From Gnetum montanum (Eukaryota; Plantae; Gnetophyta), in assembly GCA_015680685.1 (NCBI GenBank), contig MNCI01000744.1:47783-111782 (forward strand): a stretch of 64,000 nucleotides of DNA. Direction: 5' to 3'. Under the pieces are notes generated by a model. That model worked only from the letters and a program-made list of their open reading frames with translations, was not told where the DNA came from and did not search any database. The position numbers and the translations under genes were made by a program. Positions 25,501-37,500 of this stretch are shown piece after piece. The first letter of the stretch is position 1. Each line of letters starts with the position of its first letter.

Positions 25501-28500
25501 ATCCAATGCTCCTTCTCTGGCCATCACCGCAACACGTTGGAATTCATGTAACTGAGCCTCCCAATTTTGTGCACCATACACATTTGTAAGCCAAAGGTTC
25601 ACCTAGACCATATGGACCATTTGGCTCTAGGGAGACTCATCCACCAAAAATAGTGGTGTCCGAGACAAAATGGCAAGCCCACTAGCCCTACCTCTACAAG
25701 GCGCCAACTACGACATCCAACCATTCCATTGCAACAAACAAAATTCCAACTACTATAGCTTGGATTTTTGTTAACAGACTACTTCACAATCCTCCCGTCA
25801 AACAATCTCCTTCAAGGTATTTCTTTTGTAGGGTGTACCTTGGCCCCTACAATTCCAAGATAAGATCTTCATGGGCAGCTTGATGATCGTTTGTTAAAGA
25901 CCTCTCATAAGGACTTTTGAAACCCCAAGTTAATTTCCATTTGTCCATTTGTGTTTGTTTGCCTTTCACAATAGCTATACTTGGACACCCGACCTGAAAC
26001 CCCCCCCCCCCCCCAGGGCATGCTGGAATAACCACCCACACAACCTCCACAGTGCTATAGCCCAACACAACAATTTCAAACATCAAAGGTCAAGAAGACC
26101 CTTGGACTACTGACATCCAACCCCCCATAGGTGGGAGCTCCAGAACTGGCAAGTCCCTCTGTTCAGTACTCCTTACAGGCATGCAAGGGGACCACATGGG
26201 TGAACCCCCATTCACAACTTCTTGTTGCCATATCTCCTCAATCATCGACTTCGTCGACACTAGAACAGGATGCCCCTTCTGGACTTGAAACCACCCTACC
26301 TCATTTGCCAATTTCTCCTTAGGTTTTAACATGATTTTGACTTTCTAGCAAACTACGCAATCTACAACTTGATGGACTAGCTTTTTGCAAATAGAGCAAC
26401 CCTTCACAACTTTTGGCACGAGAGTGGATTCCCCAAGTATCTCATATTCTATCTAGATTGTTTCCTCACCCTCGAGAAAATCCAGCATTACTTCTTTAAC
26501 CAAGTCTTTTGACGACAGCAGTTGCCAAACATAGAAGCAGTCGTCATGGAACCAATAAATCGGTCAAGGGTATTGAAGTCACCAAAGAACCCTGCCAATG
26601 CTTCGAGAAAATCCAGTGTCCACATCTCCCAAGGGATCTACAACACCCTAATCCACATCGGCACCCTGGCAAATAGGTCTTCCTCCTTGTGTGTTCCTAG
26701 CCTCCACAGCATCAAGGCAAGACCTCGTGCCCCATAAAACTAGGGTCCCTCAACCAAAACACGGTCACATTCCTCAACAAATCAGAAAATAAAAAGCAAT
26801 AGATCCCCTAACAAGAAGTGGACCCCAACATCCCCAACTTTCCACATGGTCTGTGTCCACTTTACAACTAGATCTAGCCTAGGCCTTACCCCATTGGAGA
26901 TAAATTTTTCAATGAGGCTTCATTCCATCGCTTTCACACCCTCTTCAGAATAGCCTCACATCCAAAGCCTCAAACTACTCTCCTGCTAGGAGGAGGCCTC
27001 TATGCCTCCCACTCCTAGCCTCCAACCCATCCCGACAAGCGCCCCCATCCCTGGGTCATCCCCCAAACTCCAAATCGAACCATCAGCATTACTCGGCCTC
27101 CCCTACCCACACGTGCCTATAGTCCTACACCCCACAAACTTGGGTCCATCTCCCACTCCCACACCCGCACTCACCTTCAAACCCCCATTGGAGTTCAAGC
27201 TTGCACCCATGTTGGCATGTTCTCCTACGCCCGCTCCCTCATTGACTCCTACTCTTGCTCCCTCATCGGCTCCTACTCCTCCCATTTCAAAATCATCTTT
27301 GTTCTCCTGTCTTGTTCCGAAAGACCCGCATACTTGTCATCCCTTGGTAATGGACAAATAGTTTGTTTTGTATGCTTTGCATATACTGATATGGTAATGT
27401 ATACAAGTTTGTAGATTTCAAATGATGAATGGGTGTAGTAAGCATATTCTAAGAATTGTTTTTAATTTGTGCTTCTTTCTTGTGTTGTAATTATTGATTG
27501 ACTGTATACAATTATATACTACTCAGATCAATTATATATTGCTCAGATCATTAGCAGATAATAACCCCTACCAAACCCAAGATTAACCCATGGCATTAAA
27601 TTCTATGGTTTCTTTGAATCCCACTTAGCCCCCATTTTTTTCTTCACATTTAAAGAAAAATTGAAAGATTGGAAGTGTCTTTAAATGAAGTGAAACATTA
27701 TTAAATCCCCAATACCTCTTATGAATTGTCTTGACATATATTATTTCATATCTATTTTAAGCCCTCATTTCCCCTACATTCAGATTTTGGTTTGCCAAAT
27801 ATTAAGATGCCTTAAAATGGAGGAAGGATTGGTTAATTTCCATGCCTTCTTGAGCTTATGTTAATATTCACCTATAGTGAGATAGTAACTATGAGCAAGG
27901 TCCAAGGCTAGATGTTCTTCTAGTTCCTCCCAATGGTTTAGTGGCCATGGAACACTCTAATGTGCCCTTGAGTGGCACTCAAGTGTTAGAAAACCCATCC
28001 TAGCTTGGCGGAACCAAGCCAACAGAAGGACGCCCTCCTGTTGCATCTGCTCTAAGTCCTCTTCATACTTACCCTCACACAGAGAGTTACATGGCCCTAA
28101 TTCTATGACAATCACAGATATGTAGGCAACTAAGATTGGATAGTTCCAGTGCAGTGCCTTGTTGTACCTTGTACCATATTGTGAGGAGTCTAGGGGTGAG
28201 GTGCCCCTTGTAGATACATCATCTCCCCTTCCACCAATGAGGTGCCTGTCCAAATCGAAACCAACCCGAAGGGAGCCTCCATGATGACCAAAGCAAGCAC
28301 ACCAATGCTTGATGATCAAAGGCCTATCTCACTTTGCAAGTGAGCTGCATCTCATAGTCATAAAACATTTCAACATGTACCCAAGCTCTATCAATCTGAG
28401 ACATCACCCTACTAGCTCTGCTCCTCCTATTGCTTCAAGTATACTAACCACCTTGGAGCTTAAGATCAACCAAATTATTCTACTGTAAAAATTGAAGAAA

Positions 28501-31500
28501 CTCCTGATTGCCAAGAGGAGAGACAAAATCAAGACCGGCACCATGACTAGACTTCTCTCAAGGGTGAAGCCGCTGATTGAAGTTCCCAATGAGAACCCAC
28601 TTCCGCCGATCAAGGACCCTCTAAACCACCTGCACCAACTCATGCAACTGGTCTTGCCAAATCTAGAGCCTATAAAAATTAGTGACCCATAGACCAAGCA
28701 AAGAGCAGGGCATAGTCAGACTCCACAAAGACTCATCTAGCACCTGAAACGAATGTAAAGATAGAGTGGCCACACCACCTGTCCGGCCTCGATAGTAGAC
28801 AAAAGAGCAATGCCACCCTTGCCATCACAGGAGGGTAAAGCTAGACGCATTCAGCTTGGTTTCTTGTAGACAAACCAATGAAAAATTCTCCTCATGCACC
28901 AAATCCTTCAAGGTATTTCACTTGTACGGGGTACCCTAGCCCCTGCAATTCCAAAACAAGACTTCCATGGTCTATTAGCAAACCTTTTAGTATAGACCTC
29001 CTTGAGGGTTTTTTGAGACTTGAGGTCAATCTCCAACTGAATTTTCTTTGTTCGCATCTTCTAATCGAAAGGCCTGCTCAGCTATTTAGGTTCATCGGCC
29101 ACAAGAAATCCCATCAGGTCCTCCTTGAAGATGTCTTTAGCAGCCAACCCCTGCAGTGTGGACACCCATTAACCAAGCAGGGAAAGCTCGCCTACAGCAG
29201 CCCATGCAACACCAAATGGAGTAGCCTGACCAACCCCAAGAGAAGCAAACACATTACTACCCAAAGCATCATTTCCCGCACTAACCGTGCATTTGGGAGG
29301 AGGGGAAGAAGGAATCAAGGTTTCCAGATCAAACCCCTTCCCACTAGCACCTTTTGCACCATCCTCCTGTCATGGCCCATTAGCGCTGCTGGTTGGGGCA
29401 GGCAGGACCAGCGACACTTCTATTAGGCCCTATGCAAACCGTTAAATAAAAGTAGTAACAATGGCATTGCAAGACTATATCCAAAAGTAGTAAAAATATT
29501 CTGAGATAAACAATTGTAGTGATGCTCTTTGGGTTCTTTCCAGTAACAATGGAAAACCTACTGCATTTAAAATCACGTGGAAACAGGGAAAATTTAAGGT
29601 GCATGATTGATCAAACATCTTCTCAAGCACTAAATCATTGTAAATAATTAGTTGCTTTTGTCAACTCAATTCTAGAAATATTTCAAGAAAATGTTTACTT
29701 GCCTATTCCTATTAGCAGCAGAGAATGCCATATCACTGAAACCAATATACTCAGGTGTTTGTACCTTAGTTGTCCTCTTCAATACCTGAATTACAAGAAG
29801 AATAATGCAAATATTAATTAGTCGCTCTATCTAAGACAGGGTATTCAAATTTTGATCAATTTTTCAAATATTTTCTTAAAATCTTTTATATCTATATATC
29901 ATAAAAATTCAGTTGAACATTAAGAACGAATCAGAAAATATGGTCTAATGTGATATGTTCAGTAACATAGTTATGAATATGTTTCCATATGAGTTTAAGT
30001 TTTGGTACTAGCTAGGTAATATTATACCATTCATTGTTTAAAGAAAACATATCAAGCTGTGCTTATTTTAAGAACAGTTAAGAATTTCATCTAAGCACCA
30101 TAGGGCTATTTTGGATGCAACCCACACCTAGGAAAGGCCACACTACCTTTGTACCATGCTTCCCCAACCCATCTAATGTTAAAGTTCACAAGGATTAAGA
30201 AGGGTTGTCCGGTGTGGTCTATTGGTTCCTTGTGATGGGGTTTTGAAAATGGTTGTCTTGGTAGCCAATAGCCTAGGTATCAGGCAATTTTGTCTCTTCC
30301 CCGTGTTGTGGGATGTCATAATTTCTCTTTCTATCGATTTTGTTTTTGTGGGGACTCTACCCCCTTATGGGGGTGGTCCTCCACATGACAATGGTCTATG
30401 AGGAAGTTTCCTTCCCATGACACTACCATGTAGGGGTTTCTCCCCCCAAGTTGTGTATCTACATGGTTTTGTTTTCTTGGCTGTAATATATTCCCAACAT
30501 TTCTCTGAAAAAAAAAACATAGGTATAGAATGTCATTTTCAGAGGATTCAACCTTTAAAAAGAGCAAGAATCAATTTCCTATAACTCAAGAGGGAGGGTT
30601 CCTAATCTTAGGGGAAAATGTTAAAAATTATCTAAGTTACTCCCCCTAAATTGGGACCTAATGGTTTGGCTTCTCACTTAACTACAGGAACATCTAACAC
30701 TACTAATAAATGGCTAAGAGTTATCTGAAACAATGTTATCCTCATTGGTCCTTGTTCATCTGATCTTGTAGAAATCTGGTTGCCAGTATCCATGGAAGGT
30801 GATATACTAGAAAGGCTCCTTTGTAACATGTTCCATAGGTATGAGTTATCTTGAACATCATGTAACTTTGGTACTGTTTCATGATTCACCCTGAATCTTG
30901 GCTAATGGTCATCATTGGATCGTGGTTATCTCTTGACTCTAAATTGCCCTAGGTCATGGTTTGCTTTTATACCAAGTTTAGCATCCTATTTCTGGATGTT
31001 CAGCAAACGTCAAATATATGTTACATTCAACATTATGCATATTGAACATTATAGGGAATATACAAAAAGAAATGGAATGGAACTTTCTTATCAACGGAGG
31101 AAGCTGACGAGGAGTTTGACGGACTCCCCGAGGAAGCCAATGGTGCTGGCCCTCATGGCCACAGGGAGACAAACGGTTGAGGCTGTTTTTCACACCAATG
31201 AGGGTGCTGAGGAGGTTGAGGTCAACCTTTCAAGGTTGGAGACACAGCTAGCGTCTACATGGGAGGAAACGGCTTTGGCTACTAGGGCAGACGAAAGTCG
31301 AGTTTGGCAAGCCAAGTGGAAGGCTAGGGAAGAAATGTTTCAGCATTAGATGCATGAGTTGCAGATGCACCATTCTGTCAAAATTGAAAAACTACAACGA
31401 CAATGGATGGTTGGGGAGGCTAAGGCTCAAGCCACGCTTCAAGAATAGCTTTGGGAGGAGATCAGGGAAGAACTAGAGAAAGAGGCACAACATCAAAAGG

Positions 31501-34500
31501 CGCAAGAAAAGGCGGCAAAGGAGCAAAGAATTCACAAGGCCCAGGAAGACGCCGAGAGGCAAGAACAATTGCTAAAGGCTCACAAGTCTAATGCCACGGC
31601 TTGGTTACAGGAAGGCAAATGCCCATATACACGAATGCACATCAATTGAGAGTCACCATGGCCAACACTGGGCCACCATATTCAGCTTGCCCCTGCCCCA
31701 CTCCACCTAGATGATAAGGGATCAACCACAGAACAGGCCAGGAATGCAAAGGCCTTTAAAAACTTCCAAGAGGCCGCAGCGTTTGTTTCCACTAAGGAGT
31801 TCTATGCACAACTGGACAAGCTACATGCCAGTATTATTCCACAATGTCATTGTGATAGGTTTCCCCAACACCTATAGTGGTGGGGGTTTCTCGGTCTCGC
31901 CAGGTTGGGATTTCTTGGTCTCCCCATGTTGGGGGTGTCTCGCTTGTGTTCTTTTGATCTCTGGTTCTTTTCTTCTATTTCAATCACAAGTTCTTGGCTT
32001 CCTAAATTCTTGTTGGCTTCACTGCGCAGGGGCCACTAAGGTCATCATTCTGGCTTGATTTTGGCTCTCTAGCAAGCTGTCCAACTGTTGGATCCACCTC
32101 CAACTCAGCCTTCATTGTTCACAGTTGTCTATGAGAGGCACCACAATGTTGAAGAGGGTGCTTCTTCATTGGTACCGATGCTGCACGGTGCTATGTGTGG
32201 GCTAAGGGAGGGGTCAAGGTCCAATTGGCAAGAATCTACCACCAACCAGCCATCCAATGTGCATGAGCATGTCATGCAAGCTACCAAAGCGCTCCACTAG
32301 AAGCTGCAAGTGAAATACAATGACCTTGCTAGAGCCATCACGAAAGTGGAGACCAAGGTGCATACAGAGGAAAGGGTTGCTTGGGAGGTAGAGCTGGAGA
32401 AGCAAAAGCAAGAGATACAATTGTGTGCATAGCAAGAAGCACAGCACCACATGGAGGCTGCCAAGGAGGAAAAATGCCAACCGAACCATCAAGAACAAAT
32501 TAGAGGATGCTCAAGGAAGAGCCTGAGTACAAAAAAAAGGCCTAAAGAAAAGAAGGAACAACAAGCCATAGACCTACTAGAAGAACAACAAATGAAGCTG
32601 AGCCAAAACACTATGCATGAATTAAATGCTCATCGTTGGCTGCAAATGGGACACTGCCCTTATGTTGCCATGGCCATTAACTGCAATACTACTTGGCATG
32701 CTTTGTGCAAATTCATCTAGATTACCACGAGAAGGCTGCATCCCAATGACGCCAAAGGGATGGGAGCTGAGGAGTGCATGAAATGAGAAGAACAATACAA
32801 ATATTTCCAAGAAGATGTTCCTTTCGTGCCTTTTGAACATCACAGGGCAATCCTAGATGCCATCCATGCCTAGGAAAGGGCTCACTGCCCTTGCATGAAA
32901 CTGCAAAGACCTCTTTAGTGTTCAGTTCTAGGTGGGGATGTGTCGTGGGGTGTGGGGCTGATTGACTGTTTCTTGCCTTTTGGGTGGGCTGCTTGTGCTT
33001 ATCTAGCAAGTTTTGTTTAACGCCTCTTGAGGGCCTCATGGTTTGGTGCCTGTTTTGGTTTTGTCTAGTCTAGTTGGTGGTCATCTTTAACCCCCAATTT
33101 TGTTTTCCAAGAAGGGGGTTTTTCTCCCCTTCCCCCTCAGATTGTACATACACCGTTACTGATTTGGTTATAATATAAAAACCCCAATCTCTTCTCAAAA
33201 AAATTAAAAGGAACATTATCATAAAGGAAAGTTTCTGAAGTGTTCAAATTGTTCGACTTTCAAAAACGTAGCATTGTAACATAAAATAAATGTCAAGTAC
33301 TCTGTTTTTGTTAATAAATTCAATATCATAAATTAAAAAGAATCAATAGACATTCAAGTACTAATATATCATATAAATAGACGGCTTAGGAATTTAATAA
33401 AAGTAGATAATGTTTTAAAATGACTCTGCTAATGACGAGGAATACCTCAGAAGCTTTAGAAGTCACGTATGTAATATCAAAAATAGACACCTTGCTTGTT
33501 CGTTCTGCAACACAACCAACCTAAAATGCAATTAAATGAATGCATTACGTCTAGTGTACACAAACAGCATTATTATAAGTACGATCACAGATAAAGATTG
33601 AAAGTTCACTTTCTTAAAATCGGTGCATTTAAAAGAATGGCTAACATAATGTACCTGTACATTTCTCATGTTATAATAAGAAAATTGTAATGCTATTCAA
33701 TGAGTTAAAAGCAGCGCTGTATAACATCAGTTTCTTGGATGATTTTGATTTTAGTGTTGGTGAAACATGGAAACAGGAGGATTTGAAAAAAATTTAATTC
33801 ACCTAAGTTAATTAGAATAAAAGAAGCAAGTGTCAAATCTAATAAATAGGGAAGACCATCAGGAGGATTATCTTGCATCTTCAAACAAAAGACTATAACA
33901 AGTAATCAATGTGGAAAAATTGAAAGCGCACAAACATCACCTTTGACGGAAGATTATCCAAAGTACTGTCACTTTCACCTGAGAGATGCAACATTTTATA
34001 AAAAGCCAAGAAAATCATATAGCTACTTGTATGAACTCATATTTTACAACTTATATACGATGAAGGAACAAAGAGAATTAAGTAACTAACCTCAGGGAAA
34101 AGTAGTAGATGCAAAAAGATTGTATGCTAAATTATAAAATGGTGAACAATTAGGTTTTTTTAAGAAAAAGATTGGGCAGAGTATATTACAGAGAAAGATG
34201 TAAAAAACAGTAGGGAAGGAAATTATATTGAATGAGGATGAACAGACAAAATCAAGGGGGAGAAATCCCTGGGTACATCCTCTGACATAAAACTAATTAT
34301 AACAACCCTAGCGCAGAAGTGGGTCCATGAGGGTCCACCAGTTCTTTCATACCTAAAATTCTTGAAACCATAAAACCTAAGACAAACCCCATGACGAAAG
34401 CAACAAAACCAACACATCATACTAGAATAAGAAGGTTCTTGCAAGAGCAACGTGGTATTTCCTACATGCTGACAACAACATCTCTATCAGCTTCAGAAAA

Positions 34501-37500
34501 CAGGAACCCCGCTGCCTGCTAAAATATATAGTACTTCTCCTCCATATGATCGTGAATCTTCACTAAGGTGATTGGACAAAGGCTGCAGCCTCTCATATCT
34601 TCTCTTATTGGGGTGCAACATGCAAGCTGTGTTAAGGAAACATATATCCAAGATCAAATCCTCTAGCTACAAGAATGTAAGCATTCAGCACATACTGCCA
34701 AGTTCCCTGGTATGTTTCTTAAGTTAGATATTGCTAAAGGATATGATACTACAAGCTGGGACTCACTCCAAAAGATAATGCTAGAAAAAATGATTTCATC
34801 ATAGATTTGTCAACTTATGTTTGCATATGCAACACACAGGGGCCTATTCCTTTGATATTAATAGTCAGTTTTGGGGGTTTTCCTAGCACAACATGGGCTC
34901 AGACAGGGGGATCCCCTTTCCCCCTATCTTTTTTTCTGGCCATGGATAGTATGAATTCTTATTACAAGTCTGAGGGTGTATGTGGTTTGCAAGTCGAGGG
35001 GGTTACTTGCATAGCTAACCAATATGCAAATGACACTATTGTGACAACAAAAGCAACCGTTCCCCAAGTGGAGGCCATTAAACGAGCACTATATCCTATA
35101 ATGAGCTATGTTTAAGCATCAACGGGGCCAAATTGACAATGCATTTTGTTTAGACTAACAAGGTGATGAAAGGAAGAATTTGTAGATTGTTGGGAACTAG
35201 ACAAGTACGCCATCAAGACTCTTATTCTAGGATACCCATTTATGCTTGTAGATGCAACGTTACATGGTCCTAGTCCATTAAATAGCTTTAGCCTCGAACA
35301 GAATGCTGGACATCAAGGTTCTTAACTAGTAAAGGCAAAGTTCTCCTTGCCATTTCAATTTTATCTACAATGTCCAGATATGTGGCCTCAATTATTATCC
35401 ACTTTGCCTATCTTTGCCCCTTCTCTACTAATGCCTGGACAGCTACTGCCATTCAGCTGCTGGTCCACTTACATGGTGATGTGCCTACCACTGCCATTCT
35501 CTAGTGTCTCTGGTGTGCCCATAAAAAACTGATGTTCATGTCAATGCTGCTCCAACCACCTACATAGATTGCAATCCTTGGGCTGTGGCTGTGAAAAGAA
35601 GCAATAGTTGCTATGGGTGTGACATTGATGTATGAGCCAACGTTCGAGGGCTTCTAGGGCAACCAAGTGCTCTAGGAAATGGTCATGAGGGTGGGCTGGG
35701 CCGACCTTTTGCCTCTACTTGTGGGAGATCCAAATCTGGCAAACGATGCCTTTTACAAAAGGTGAAGAGGCAACTCCACTACCTTCCATCGAGTGTGCAT
35801 CAACTTAACTAAGGCAGCAATTGCAAGGTATTTGGGGGAGCCGAAGGATGGGAAGGTGGTCTTTAGCACAGATCGGAGGTTGCAGGATGCAAAGGGTTTC
35901 TTCAACAGGCCGATGCCCTAGATTAGCAATGGCCAAGTTCCAAAATCAGCACTACCACAATTGTGGCAACACACGGCAAAGTTGGTGGACCTATACTTTG
36001 TGCAGTCCAGTAACGTTTGAAAGTTGCAAGTGGCACATTTTTTCTTCATGAGATGCATGCAGCTTGGTTGCAAGGCTGACATCCCAAAATTCCTTTCGAC
36101 CTCACTGCATAGGGAGAGCAAAGGTCACCACTCGATGTTAATCTTGGTGCTATGGAGGGTGGCCTAGCTACTTGACCCACCTCACACTCAACCTTCGCCA
36201 TTCACAATGGTCTATGACCAACGCCATGTTGTAGAGGCGGCCTCTTCATCGTTGGCACCAACTACACTAGGTGTTGTAGGTGGGCATAGGGAGGGTCTTG
36301 GATCAAATTGATAGGAATATGTCACCAACCAACCACCCAATGTGCAAGAGCTAGACATGCAAAGCACCAACTCAAGAACTACAAGCCAAATATGAAGCGG
36401 AACTTGCCAGGGCTATCGTGGAAGTGATGGCTTGGGTTCGTGTAAAGGAGAGGGTTGCTTGGGATGTGCAATTGTAGAAGCAGGAACACGGGCAATGCCT
36501 ACAGGACAAGCAGGAGAGAAGCAGTGCCGCATAGATGCAGCCAAGGAAGAAAAGCACCTGCAGCACCTCAGGAAGGCAACCATATGAAGTGAGCGAGAGG
36601 ATGCCCTCCGTGAGCAGATCAAAGAGGAAATGCGCAAGGAAGAACAAGCCCAAAAAAGAAGAGCTGAAGAAGAGGCAAAGCAACAAGCCAAAGACATGCT
36701 AGAAGAAGAACAAATAAGATAAAGCCAAGATGAAGCACATGAGGCCAATGCCCGCTAGTGGTTGAGAATAGGACATTGCCCTTACATCATCATGGATGTT
36801 AACCACAACATCTTGTGGCATGCCTTACGTAGATATAGCAGGAAAACAATGGCCAAGCTTCATCCTAATGGGGCAAGGGGAGCTAAGGAGCACATGCAAT
36901 GGGAAGAGAAATATAAAGAATTCTAGCATGCAACTTCTTTCATCACTTCCAAGCATCATCGGGCAATGTTGGATGCTATTCACACGCACGAAAGGCCTCG
37001 CTACCTTTGTACCAAAGTGCCAAGATAGCTCTAACATTGTTTTCTAGGTGGGGGTGGGGCCACGATGTTGGACTATTTTTGCTTTTGCTCTCAACTTTGC
37101 TTTTAGTTCTGAGGAATCCCCTATTTTATCAAGGGGGCATGCAGGGATCATGGCATGGGGCCTAAGGTCTTCTTTGTTTTCTATCAATCTGGGGTATTTT
37201 CTCCCCCGATGATGCTGGGGGGGGGGGGGGGNCCCCCCCCCCCCCCACCTTGTTTTTGTTTCTAGAGAGGTTTTCCTCCCCTTCTAATTACCTACTCTTA
37301 TACATATGCCATTGTGAACTATTTACAATAGAAAATCCTGATTTCTTCTCAAAAAACACATTTGAAGACTCGATCATGCATGGCCATCATAACCTTATCA
37401 AGAGGATTATTGATGGAGATGAGGCTCTTAGGGTCACATTCATAAGGAGGAAATAGAGGCTTTGGGAGTCTACTCAAACTAATTCTATTTTTGACAGGAT

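Noticed and set aside
27002-27361. Proline-rich extensin-like ORF
   Set aside because: Antisense reading of the G-rich 5' part of LINE ORF1.
30674-30889. Exon-like ORF in an intron
   Set aside because: The flanking WD40 exons already join in phase and the peptide has no recognisable motif.
37217-37247. G-run/N/C-run perfect hairpin
   Set aside because: Homopolymers joined across an N; probably a scaffolding artefact in a LINE 3' UTR.
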